Under the pieces are notes generated by a model, which saw only the letters and a list, made by a program, of their open reading frames with translations, was not told where the DNA came from and made no database searches. A stretch of 55,187 nucleotides of DNA from Anaerolineae bacterium (lineage in GTDB: Bacteria > Chloroflexota > Anaerolineae > Anaerolineales > UBA4823). Made by a program: the position numbers and the translations under genes. The stretch spans positions 1-55,187 of the forward strand of contig JBFYSP010000139.1 of assembly GCA_041301395.1 (NCBI GenBank). Direction: 5' to 3'. This document shows, in pieces, positions 1 to 8,684 of the stretch. Each line of letters starts with the position of its first letter. Positions within the stretch are counted from its first letter, which is position 1.

Positions 1-827
1 AGCTGCTGGAGACGGCCGAAAAGCTGCTGGGCAAACCCATCGCGCCGGAACGCGCCCAGCTGCATACCCTGGGGCTCAACCATCTGACCTGGCACAGCGG
101 TTTCACGGTAGATGGCGAAGACCTGTGGCCGCATATCTTCACGTCTTACCTGGACGAACTGCGCAGCGACCCCGACCCTGAGTGGAAAGTCGAAACCCTG
201 GAAGCGCTGGGTATGATCCCCAACTATTATCTGCAGTATTTTTACTACACTAAGAAAAAAATTGATGCACAAAAGCGCTGGCCACCATCCCGGGCGGAAG
301 AAGTGATGGCGATCGAGGCGGACCTGCTGCAGCTGTACGCCGACCCATCCTTGAGCGAACCGCCAGCCGAGCTAATGAAACGCGGCGGGGCTTACTACTC
401 CACCCTGGCGACCGAGCTGCTCAATTCGCATTACAACGACCTGGGACAGGTTCATGTGGTCAATGTGCCCAACCGGGGAGCGGCGCCGGGCTGGCCGGAT
501 GACTGGGTCATCGAGCTTCCCTGCCGGGTGGACCGCCAGGGAATCCACCCCCTGCCGGCCAAAGGGCTGCCGGCGACCTGCAACGAGCTGGTGCAGCAGG
601 TGAAGACCTACGAGCTTTACACAGTGGAGGCGGCTGTAACCGGCAGCCGGGAAGCGGCTTACCAGGCGCTGATGGCGCATCCGCTGGGGCTCCCGCCAAG
701 AACGGGCGGGGCTTCGCTCCCCAGCCGGGAGGACCTGCCTGCCGGAATGGATAAATGGGAGTTTGGGCGGATCGTGCTGGATGACCTGCTGGAGACCAAC
801 CGCGCCTGGCTGCCCCAGTTTTTTTAA
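1..827 (+). CDS. Glycoside hydrolase family 4 (6-phospho-glucosidase / alpha-glycosidase-like), C-terminal part. The 5' end lies outside the window.
   Basis: Frame 3 is open from the window edge (LLETAEKLLGKPIAPERAQLHTLGLNHLTWHSGF...MIPNYYLQYFYY...KRGGAYYS...). This pattern is typical of the GH4 C-terminal half. Stop at 825-827. Confidence 0.7.
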   Translation, partial: LLETAEKLLGKPIAPERAQLHTLGLNHLTWHSGFTVDGEDLWPHIFTSYLDELRSDPDPEWKVETLEALGMIPNYYLQYFYYTKKKIDAQKRWPPSRAEEVMAIEADLLQLYADPSLSEPPAELMKRGGAYYSTLATELLNSHYNDLGQVHVVNVPNRGAAPGWPDDWVIELPCRVDRQGIHPLPAKGLPATCNELVQQVKTYELYTVEAAVTGSREAAYQALMAHPLGLPPRTGGASLPSREDLPAGMDKWEFGRIVLDDLLETNRAWLPQFF

Positions 828-2470
828 AGCATACTAACCGGAGACATCGACCAGGAATTTTCGACAACGGAATCAGCGGCAGCAACTGCCTGGCGAGAAA
901 CGACCAGGGCATGCACGGCCTGCAGATACGGGTACATCAAAGCGTCTCTTTCCAGGAAGGGGACGCCCTGCCGCAGCAGGCGGTAAACCGGTGCGGTGCC
1001 GGCACCCAGGCTGGCCCCCGCGCCAATCGCCTGGCGGCGAAAGTCGATGCCCTGGGCAGCACACAGCAGCTCGATAGCCAGGATATGCTCGACGTTATCC
1101 AGGATGGCGGCGACGTGCTGGGCGGCGGTGAGCCCCATGCTGACGTGGTCTTCGACGTTGGCCGAGGAGGGGATGGTATCGACACTGGCAGGGTGGGCCA
1201 GCGACTTGTTCTCGCTGGCTAAGGCCGCGGCAGTGTACTGGGTAAGCATGAAGCCCGAGTTCAAGCCGCCGCCCTGGGTTAAGAAGGCAGGCAGGACATG
1301 GGCGTTGCTGGCTTCGTCGGTCAGGCGCATAATACGGCGCTCGGAAATGTTGCCGAGCTCGGCCAGGGCGATGGCCAGGTAGTCCATAGCGATGGCCAGC
1401 GGCTCGCCATGGAAATTACCACCGGAGAGCACAGTGATCTCGCCGCTCGACTCATCTACAAAGAGCAGGGGGTTGTCGGTAACGGCATTCAACTCCAGGT
1501 CGATGACCCAACGGGCGTAAGCAATCGCATCGCGCGCGGCGCCGTGCACCTGGGGGATGCAGCGCAGGGTGTAAGCATCCTGGACATTGGCAGCATCATG
1601 GTGGCGGGTGAAATCGCTGCCGGCCAGCAGGGCTCTCAGGTAAGCAGCACAGTTAGACTGCTGGGGATACGGGCGCAGGCGCTGGATGCGCTCATCGAAG
1701 GCCAGGACGGTGCCGTGCAGGGCCTCCAGGCTGAGGGCACCGGCGATGTCGGCCAGCTGCCCAATATGCAGGGCACGCTGCACATTTAGGGCGCCCAGGG
1801 CGCACATCACGGCAGTGCCGTTGGTGAGGGCCAGACCTTCCTTGGCAACCAGACGGGCAGGCTGCAGGCCAACCTGAGCCAGCGCCTCGTAGGCTGGCAT
1901 TAGCGCGTCACCCCGCGACGCTGCGCGGGACTCGTCCCGCGACGCTGCGCGGGACTCGTTCCCCAGGCGGGCTTCGCCCTCGCCGATCAGCACACAGGCC
2001 ATATGAGCCAGGGGGGCCAGGTCGCCGCTGGCGCCCAGCGAGCCTTTCTGCGGGATGAGGGGGTGCACGCCGCGGTTGATCATCTCCTGCAGGAGCTGCA
2101 GGGTGGACAGGCGGATGCCGGAGTGGCCGCGTGCCAGGGTGTTGAGGCGGATGAGCATGATGGCGCGCGTGGTGGGGACATCGAAAGGCTGGCCGACGCC
2201 CGCGGCATGGCTGAGCAAGATGTTACGCTGCAGGGCCTCGACCTCATCCGGCGGGATGATGCGATCCTTGAAGGCGCCGAAACCGGTGGTGATGCCGTAA
2301 GCAATCTCGCCGCGGCGGATGAGCTGCTGCACGGCCTGCGCGGCGCGTTCGACACGTTGGCCGGCAGCCGGAGAAAGCTCGATGCGTGGTCTGCCAGGAA
2401 TACCGCTGGCGACTGTGATAACCTGCTCAAGGGTCAGGGATTGTCCGTCCAGAAAGAGAGAATCAGTCAT
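824..2470 (-). CDS. hutH: Histidine ammonia-lyase
   Basis: The 617-aa ORF is trimmed to Met70 (ATG at 2470, MTDSLFLDGQSLTLEQV). It has the MIO-forming Ala-Ser-Gly in GSLGASGDLAPLAHM and HAL/PAL-like length and motifs throughout. The upstream 69 codons look non-coding (AT-rich, operator region). Confidence 0.9.
   Translation of the reverse strand: MTDSLFLDGQSLTLEQVITVASGIPGRPRIELSPAAGQRVERAAQAVQQLIRRGEIAYGITTGFGAFKDRIIPPDEVEALQRNILLSHAAGVGQPFDVPTTRAIMLIRLNTLARGHSGIRLSTLQLLQEMINRGVHPLIPQKGSLGASGDLAPLAHMACVLIGEGEARLGNESRAASRDESRAASRGDALMPAYEALAQVGLQPARLVAKEGLALTNGTAVMCALGALNVQRALHIGQLADIAGALSLEALHGTVLAFDERIQRLRPYPQQSNCAAYLRALLAGSDFTRHHDAANVQDAYTLRCIPQVHGAARDAIAYARWVIDLELNAVTDNPLLFVDESSGEITVLSGGNFHGEPLAIAMDYLAIALAELGNISERRIMRLTDEASNAHVLPAFLTQGGGLNSGFMLTQYTAAALASENKSLAHPASVDTIPSSANVEDHVSMGLTAAQHVAAILDNVEHILAIELLCAAQGIDFRRQAIGAGASLGAGTAPVYRLLRQGVPFLERDALMYPYLQAVHALVVSRQAVAAADSVVENSWSMSPVSML
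1912..1959. repeat. Perfect tandem duplication of a 24-bp unit (cccgcgacgctgcgcgggactcgt x2) inside hutH
   Basis: Read directly: 1912-1935 equals 1936-1959. Each unit contains the inverted repeat cccgcg/cgcggg. It is in frame and encodes ESRAASRD-ESRAASRG. Confidence 0.95.
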
Positions 2471-2533
2471 GGGAGTCAAATGATACCATTTCATACACAA
2501 TTTGCAAATTTCTAACAGGCAGATTGGTAATAC

Positions 2534-2584
2534 TTGACGCCCAAAACGTTTTGGGATAATATATTTATCTCCAAAACGTTTTGG
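2534..2584. promoter_or_regulatory. Two identical 14-bp perfect palindromes (CCAAAACGTTTTGG) at 2541-2554 and 2571-2584, overlapping a sigma70-like promoter. Probable LacI-family operators.
   Basis: Both palindromes were read directly, 30 bp apart centre to centre. They lie in the divergent hutH / lacI-family intergenic region. TTGACG at 2534-2539 with TAATAT/GATAAT around 2555-2562. The central CG half-site architecture is typical of LacI/GalR operators. Confidence 0.7.
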
Positions 2585-2670
2585 GCAGCTATCTATTCGT
2601 CGCCCATTGATGAATTTCGGTCTGTCGACCATTCTCAACAGTTCTGTGATTTTCGGTCGAAGGTGGTTTG

Positions 2671-3732
2671 ATGCCAATCACGATACGCGACGTGGCGAAA
2701 CGATTGAACCTTTCGATTACCACCGTATCGCGGGCACTGGATGGGTACGATGATGTGTCCGAAGAGACGCGCCAGCGCGTACGCCAGGCCGCGCAGGAAA
2801 TGGGCTATTTCCCCAACCAGGCCGCCCGCCACCTGCGTCGGCAGCGCTCGGATGCGATTGGATACATCCTGCCAGCAACACAACCGCGCTTCGCCGATCC
2901 TTTTTTTTCAGAATTCATCGCCGGGTTGGGCGATGAAGCTGCCCAACACCAGGTCGACCTGGTTATTTCTACAGCGCCACCGGATAGCGACCAGGAGAAA
3001 TGGCTGTACCAGACCTGGGTGCAGGGTCAAAAAGTGGATGGGGTCATCCTCCACCGCATCCGCCTGGTGGACTGGCGTATCGATTACCTGATCCAGGCCG
3101 GTTTTCCCTTCGTTTCACTGGAAAAACCGCTGCCAGAAGGTGATTTCACCTACATAGAAGTGGACAATCGCAACAGCGTGGCCGCAATGGTGCAGCACCT
3201 GAGGGAGCGCGGCTATCAGCGGATTGCTTACATTGGAGGGCCGGAAACGCTCAAAATCCAGGCTGAGCGTTTCGCTGGCTACCAGGCAGGCCTGGAAAAG
3301 GCGGGTTTCGCATACGACCCTAAACTGGTTGCAGCCGGCGATATGACCAGCCCGGAGGGGTACCGGCAGGCACTGCAAATCCTGCACCTGCCCCAACCGC
3401 CGGACGCTTTCATCTGTGTCAATGACGAAACCGCATTTGGTGTAATGCATGCCGTCGACGAGGCCGGTCTGGCCGTTGGGCCGGAGGTGGGGGTGGCCGG
3501 CTTCGACGGCGTACAAACAGCCGGGTACAGCCAGCCACCCTTAACGACGTTGGACCAGCCAGTCTATGATATTGCCCGGCATCTTGTGGGAATGCTGCTG
3601 GCCGAGCTCAATCCCGAATCCCAACCGGAACACCAGTTTGTGATCGTCCCGAAACTGCTGGAACGGCAATCAACCTGCGGAAGGGTAGGAGACCATTGCA
3701 GGCACGGGGCAGGTACAGAACCGCAACCATGA
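2671..3732 (+). CDS. LacI family transcriptional regulator
   Basis: N-terminal HTH MPITIRDVAKRLNLSITTVSRALDG...QAARHLR, followed by a periplasmic-binding-protein-like sugar-binding core. ATG at 2671 is preferred over TTG at 2668. Confidence 0.9.
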   Translation: MPITIRDVAKRLNLSITTVSRALDGYDDVSEETRQRVRQAAQEMGYFPNQAARHLRRQRSDAIGYILPATQPRFADPFFSEFIAGLGDEAAQHQVDLVISTAPPDSDQEKWLYQTWVQGQKVDGVILHRIRLVDWRIDYLIQAGFPFVSLEKPLPEGDFTYIEVDNRNSVAAMVQHLRERGYQRIAYIGGPETLKIQAERFAGYQAGLEKAGFAYDPKLVAAGDMTSPEGYRQALQILHLPQPPDAFICVNDETAFGVMHAVDEAGLAVGPEVGVAGFDGVQTAGYSQPPLTTLDQPVYDIARHLVGMLLAELNPESQPEHQFVIVPKLLERQSTCGRVGDHCRHGAGTEPQP

Positions 3733-3770
3733 CTGGCGGAGTCATAATAAAAGGGGAGATGGAGGCTGGT

Positions 3771-5426
3771 ATGCAAAAGATAGTCGTTGCAGGGGCGCTG
3801 GGCGAATGCGTGCATGTTGCTGGGGTGATGAATTTCCTGCGCCTGGCTGAAGTGGCTGGGTGGCGAACGGTATTCCTGGGACCGGCTGTTTCAATTGAAG
3901 AGATACTGGCGGCTGCCCGGCGTGAACAGGCGACCCTGGTGGGCGTCTCCTACCGGCTGACTCCCGAGACTGGCGAGCGCCTGTTGGGTGCATTCGCCGA
4001 AGCAGCAGACGAGCTGCACGCTGCCGGGGTACGCTTCGCCTTTGGCGGTACTCCACCGGTCGCCGAGCGGGCCCGGATGCTTGGTTTTTTTGAGCGCACC
4101 TTCGACGGCAGCGAGCCGACCGAAGCGGTGCTGGCCTACCTGAAAGGCCAGGTACACGAGAAAACCGGCCAGGCAGACATCCCACAATCTACGGTGGAGC
4201 GTATTCACTGGAAAGCACCCTACCCGCTGATCCGGCATCACTTCGGTCTGCCGAGCGTGGAGGCTACTCAGGAAGGGATTGCCCAGATTGCCGAAGCAGC
4301 TGCCCTGGATGTGATCTCGCTGGGTATCGACCAGGATGCCCAGGCAAACTTCTTTCACCCAGAACGGCAGGAGCTGCGGCGCAAGGGAGCGGGCGGGGTG
4401 CCGGTGCGCAGCGCCGAAGACTACCGCCGGCTGTATGAAGCCAGCCGATCCGGCAATTACCCTCTGCTGCGCACATATTCCGGCACGGACGATTTCCTGC
4501 GCCTGGCCGAGCTGTACGTCGAGACGATCAACATCGCCTGGTGCGCCATACCGCTGTTCTGGTTCAACCAGATGGACGGACGGGGGCCGTGGGAACTGGA
4601 AGGGTCGATCCGGGAGCACCAGCAGGTGATGACCTGGTACGGGGAGCGGGGCATCCCGGTGGAACTGAACGAGCCGCACCACTGGGGGATGCGCGACGCG
4701 CCGGATGTGGTCTTCGTCGTATCGGCTTTCCTGGCGGCGTACAATGCACGCGCCTGTGGGGTGAGGGATTATATTGCGCAGTTCATGTTCAACAGCCCCC
4801 CTGGACATTCGGACGCCATGGACCTGGCCAAGATGCTGGCGATTCTGGACCTGATCCAGCCCCTGGCAGGAGAGGACCCCCAGAAAGGGTCTTATTTCCG
4901 CATCTGGCGGCAGACACGCACGGGACTGCTGAGCTACCCGCTGGACCCCAATGCAGCCCGGGCGCACCTGGCTACCAGTATCTATGTCCAGATGGCGCTG
5001 CTGCCGCATATTGTGCATGTGGTGGGGCACAGCGAGGCGCACCACGCGGCGACTGCGGCAGATGTGATCGAGGCTTGCGGCCTGGCTCGCAGAGCAATCC
5101 AAAACGCCCTGCAAGGGGCGCCGGTGATGAGTTGCGACCCGGCGATACAAGAAAGGCGCTCGGAGCTGGTGGGTGAAGCCAGGATCACGCTCAAAGCGAT
5201 CCAAGCGCTGGCGCCAGCCAGTGTACATGATCCCTGGAGCGACCCCGGCACCCTGAGGCGGGCGGTGACTTCAGGCATCCTGGATGCCCCCCAGCTGCGC
5301 AACAACCTGTTCGGGCGGGGCAGCGTGCGGACACGTATGCTGCACGGCGCCTGCCTGGCGGTTGACCAGGGTGACAACCCGATATCCGAGGCCGAACGCC
5401 TGGCCAATATTCAAATGGAGACTTGA
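3771..5426 (+). CDS. Cobalamin (B12)-binding-domain protein fused to a ~420-aa uncharacterised C-terminal domain
   Basis: GGAGG lies 5 nt upstream of ATG 3771. The N-terminal Rossmann-like module carries VHVAG (HxxG), then SYRL about 41 aa later, then GG about 28 aa later, matching the DxHxxG-SxL-GG spacing of B12-binding domains. There is no CxxxCxxC motif, so it is not a radical SAM enzyme. I do not recognise the C-terminal domain. Confidence 0.6.
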   Translation: MQKIVVAGALGECVHVAGVMNFLRLAEVAGWRTVFLGPAVSIEEILAAARREQATLVGVSYRLTPETGERLLGAFAEAADELHAAGVRFAFGGTPPVAERARMLGFFERTFDGSEPTEAVLAYLKGQVHEKTGQADIPQSTVERIHWKAPYPLIRHHFGLPSVEATQEGIAQIAEAAALDVISLGIDQDAQANFFHPERQELRRKGAGGVPVRSAEDYRRLYEASRSGNYPLLRTYSGTDDFLRLAELYVETINIAWCAIPLFWFNQMDGRGPWELEGSIREHQQVMTWYGERGIPVELNEPHHWGMRDAPDVVFVVSAFLAAYNARACGVRDYIAQFMFNSPPGHSDAMDLAKMLAILDLIQPLAGEDPQKGSYFRIWRQTRTGLLSYPLDPNAARAHLATSIYVQMALLPHIVHVVGHSEAHHAATAADVIEACGLARRAIQNALQGAPVMSCDPAIQERRSELVGEARITLKAIQALAPASVHDPWSDPGTLRRAVTSGILDAPQLRNNLFGRGSVRTRMLHGACLAVDQGDNPISEAERLANIQMET

Positions 5427-5431
5427 AAAAG

Positions 5432-6538
5432 ATGGACCCAGCAACTCGCTTCACTGTAATCGGAGCCGGGCATGGCGGCAAAGCCATGGCAGCTCACCTG
5501 GCCCTGATGGGCTTTTCTACCACGCTGTATAACCGCACCTTTACCCACATAGAAGCCATCCAAAAACGAGGCGGGATCGAGCTGGAATGCGGTGAAGGAG
5601 CCCCTTGCGGCTTCGGCAAGCTGTCGCTGGTGACCAGCGACATGCAAGAAGCGCTGAACAAAGCAGAGGTAATCATGGTTGTGGTGCCTTCCTCGGCGCA
5701 TGCCGATATCGCCCGCTCAGCCGCGCCGCACCTCAAGGATGGGCAGATCGTGGTGCTGCACCCGGGACGCACCTGCGGAGCGTTAGAATTCCACAAAGCG
5801 CTGCAGGACTCGCGCTGCACGGCGGATGTAACGGTGGCCGAGGCGGAAACTTTTATTTATGCCAGCCGATCAGAGGGGCCTGCCCAGGCGCGCATTTTCC
5901 GCATCAAGGAGGCGGTGCCGTTGGCCGCGCTACCCGCCACGCGCACCCAGCGGGTGCTGGACGCTATAAACCCGGCATACCCGCAGTTCATCGATGGGGT
6001 GAACGTGCTGCACACCGGGCTGAATAACATGGGCGCGATTTTCCACCCAGCCCTGACGCTGCTTAACTGCGGGTGGATCGAAGCCACGCATGGTGACTAC
6101 CAGTTTTACATCGATGGAGTCACTCCTTCGGTGGCACGCGTGCTGGAAGTGCTGGACCGCGAGCGGGTAACGGTGGCCTCCTCACTGGGCATCCGGGCGC
6201 GCACGGCGATGGAGTGGCTGGAGTTGGCCTATAATGCCACCGGCCAGGATTTGAACGAGGCCATCCACAACCAACCGGGCTATTACGGCATCAAGGCGCC
6301 CAGCGCTCTCAACCACCGCTATATCTTCGAGGATGTACCCATGTCACTGGTGCCGATTGCTTCGCTGGGAGCACGTTTTGGGGTATCGGTGCGCGGTATG
6401 GACAGCATCATTCGCCTGGCATGCATCATCCACCGCACCGATTACTGGCGCCGCGGCCGCACGGTAGACAAGCTGGGGCTCAGTGATTTAGGCGTGAGCG
6501 AGCTAACCCGATTTGTGAATGAGGGAATCAGGTATTAG
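5432..6538 (+). CDS. NAD/NADP octopine/nopaline (opine) dehydrogenase family protein
   Basis: N-terminal dinucleotide fold FTVIGAGHGGKAMAAHLALMGF. Also VLHPGRTCGALEF, NNMGAIFHPALTLLN and RYIFEDVP motifs characteristic of the family. ATG 5432 is preferred over TTG 5423 on SD spacing. Confidence 0.8.
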   Translation: MDPATRFTVIGAGHGGKAMAAHLALMGFSTTLYNRTFTHIEAIQKRGGIELECGEGAPCGFGKLSLVTSDMQEALNKAEVIMVVVPSSAHADIARSAAPHLKDGQIVVLHPGRTCGALEFHKALQDSRCTADVTVAEAETFIYASRSEGPAQARIFRIKEAVPLAALPATRTQRVLDAINPAYPQFIDGVNVLHTGLNNMGAIFHPALTLLNCGWIEATHGDYQFYIDGVTPSVARVLEVLDRERVTVASSLGIRARTAMEWLELAYNATGQDLNEAIHNQPGYYGIKAPSALNHRYIFEDVPMSLVPIASLGARFGVSVRGMDSIIRLACIIHRTDYWRRGRTVDKLGLSDLGVSELTRFVNEGIRY

Positions 6539-6540
6539 CC

Positions 6541-6999
6541 ATGATTAAAAACTGCATGAAACGCAATGTGATCTCTATTCCGGCAACGGCAACCATCCGG
6601 GAAGCCGCCGGGTTGGTCGTCGCGCATCACATTGGCCAGCTGCCTGTAACCGACGAGGCTGGCAGGCTGGTAGGCATCGTGGATTTGCAGGATATCCTGT
6701 CACTTGAATTACCCGATATTTTCAAACTTCTGCCGGATGTCGATTTCGTGCATGATTTCGGTGCCGTTGAAACAACCCGGCCCACCGAGCAGGAGCTCTC
6801 GCAACCGATTGCGACTCTGGCCCGGCAGGCCACCTCAGTTCCTGAGACGTGCGGCTTGCTGCGAGCCTATGCGCTGATGTTGAAACATGATCTCCACGAC
6901 CTGCCAGTTGTCACGGATAGCGGTCACCTGGTTGGAATCGCCTCGCGAGTCGATCTGGGGACGGCTATCTTATCGCTCTGGAAGGACCCGGCGACCTAG
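6541..6999 (+). CDS. CBS domain pair protein
   Basis: Two CBS-like repeats (HHIGQLPVTDEAGRLVGIVDLQDIL and HDLHDLPVVTDSGHLVGIASRVDL). Confidence 0.8.
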   Translation: MIKNCMKRNVISIPATATIREAAGLVVAHHIGQLPVTDEAGRLVGIVDLQDILSLELPDIFKLLPDVDFVHDFGAVETTRPTEQELSQPIATLARQATSVPETCGLLRAYALMLKHDLHDLPVVTDSGHLVGIASRVDLGTAILSLWKDPAT

Positions 7000-7004
7000 A
7001 CACC

Positions 7005-8294
7005 ATGATTGAGGTACTGGTTGCGGTTGCCATTTTTCTGGCCTGCCTGGGGTTGATTTTTTCAGAAAAGCTCAACCGCACGATTGCCGCGTTTGTGGGG
7101 GCGGTGCTGATGGTGGGAGCAGGCAAAATATTTAACTTTTACGATGAGACAGAAGCTATCGCCGCCATCGACTTTAATACACTGGGCCTGTTGCTGGGAA
7201 TGATGGTGCTTGTAGCGCTGCTGGAACCGACCGGCTTCTTCCAATACCTGGCGGTGTGGGCGGCGCGGTTGTCGCGCGGCAAACCGGTGCGGCTGCTGAT
7301 CCTGCTGGGCAGCGTGACGACGGTGTTATCGATGTTCCTGGATAATGTAACCACGGTGGTATTGATCGCCCCGGTCACAATCCTGATCTGCGAGATTTTG
7401 GGCGTCAGTGCGCTGCCTTATTTGATGGCGGAGGCGCTGCTCTCGGATACCGGAGGGGTGGCTACATTGGTAGGTGATCCACCCAATGTATTGATCTCGT
7501 CAGTGGCGGGTTTTACCTTCAACGATTTCTTGACCCACTCGCTTCCTATGGTGTTGATTGCCTGGCTGGCTGCCCTGCTGCTAATCCGCTACTTGTTCCG
7601 CAAAGAATTATCCATACCACCTTCCAACCCCGATGCGATCCAGCTGCTGGACCTGGAACAGACGCTACATGACCGGACAACAACCCGGCGAGTGCTAATT
7701 GTCCTGGGAATAGCCCTGCTGGCCCTTTTTATTCATGGCTGGCTACAGGTCAGCCCGGCCTATATCGCCCTAGCGGCGGCGGCAGCGGCCTTGATATGGC
7801 TGAGGCCGGAGCCGGGCTCGATCTTGCAGAGAGTAGAATGGAATGTACTGGTGTTTTTCGCCACCCTGTTCATCATCGTGGGAGGCCTGGAAGCTGCAGG
7901 GGCCCTGGATGGCCTGGTCACACTGTTTGGACGCGCCGGGAGTATGTCTCCGGTCTTATTTGGGGTAATCTTGATCTGGCTGGTGGCAGGCATATCGGCT
8001 ATTGTCGATAATGTGCCGGTCACTATTGCGCTGATCCCCGTCATTCAAGGGCTGGGAGCGGCCGGAATGAACACGAATCCCCTGTGGTGGGCGCTGGTTT
8101 TTGGGGCTGGGTTTGGCGGCAACGGCACGATCATTGGCTCAACTGCCAATATTGTCGTCACGAATCTATCCGAGAAAACCCACACCCCAATCACAAGTCG
8201 GCTCTGGAACCGGCGCGGCCTGCCGGTGATGCTGGTAACCTGCCTGATTGCAAGTATTTTTTATGTCGTTGCCTATCCACTGCTTCTAAAATGA
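7005..8294 (+). CDS. ArsB/NhaD superfamily (CitMHS-like) permease
   Basis: Polytopic membrane protein. The N-terminus MIEVLVAVAIFLACLGLIFSEKLNRTIAAFVGA and the LDNVTTV / VDNVPVT repeats are typical of the ArsB/NhaD fold. Confidence 0.75.
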   Translation: MIEVLVAVAIFLACLGLIFSEKLNRTIAAFVGAVLMVGAGKIFNFYDETEAIAAIDFNTLGLLLGMMVLVALLEPTGFFQYLAVWAARLSRGKPVRLLILLGSVTTVLSMFLDNVTTVVLIAPVTILICEILGVSALPYLMAEALLSDTGGVATLVGDPPNVLISSVAGFTFNDFLTHSLPMVLIAWLAALLLIRYLFRKELSIPPSNPDAIQLLDLEQTLHDRTTTRRVLIVLGIALLALFIHGWLQVSPAYIALAAAAAALIWLRPEPGSILQRVEWNVLVFFATLFIIVGGLEAAGALDGLVTLFGRAGSMSPVLFGVILIWLVAGISAIVDNVPVTIALIPVIQGLGAAGMNTNPLWWALVFGAGFGGNGTIIGSTANIVVTNLSEKTHTPITSRLWNRRGLPVMLVTCLIASIFYVVAYPLLLK

Positions 8295-8335
8295 AAGCAT
8301 GAGTAAAGCGTTCTATAGAACAGGAGGTGCGATCT

Positions 8336-8683
8336 ATGTATATGATTTTGTTTGTCCTGGATAACCCAGACCAATTGGATGAGGTCCTGGATGTGTGGTC
8401 CGGGATTGGCATCCGCGGGGTGACGATTATTGAAAGCACCGGCATCCAACGCCAGCGCAAGCAGTTGATACCAATGCGCTATCTTTACCAGACCGCAGGT
8501 GATATTGAAGAAGGGCACATAACCTTGCTGGCAGTGGTGGATGGCGAGGCAGTGGTGCTGGAGTGCCTGGAAGCGACCGAGGCGCTGATAGGCGATCTGT
8601 CTAATCCCCAGACTGGGGTGTTTGCCGCCTGGCCCCTGGCCGTGGTAAAAGGCGTCCCAAAGAATTACCCCCCGGTGGCATGA
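8336..8683 (+). CDS. Small PII-like (ferredoxin-like fold) protein, function unknown
   Basis: GGAGG lies 8 nt upstream of ATG 8336. The beta-alpha-beta pattern MYMILFVLDNPDQLDEVLDVW..GVTIIESTG resembles PII-like or transporter-associated small regulators. This is a weak call. Confidence 0.45.
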   Translation: MYMILFVLDNPDQLDEVLDVWSGIGIRGVTIIESTGIQRQRKQLIPMRYLYQTAGDIEEGHITLLAVVDGEAVVLECLEATEALIGDLSNPQTGVFAAWPLAVVKGVPKNYPPVA

Positions 8684-8684
8684 T

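Noticed and set aside
2471-2677. N-terminal 69-codon extension of the hutH ORF (MASNHLRPKITELL...)
   Set aside because: It runs through the AT-rich promoter/operator region and overlaps the divergent LacI gene start. The HAL homology begins at Met70 (MTDSLFLDG).
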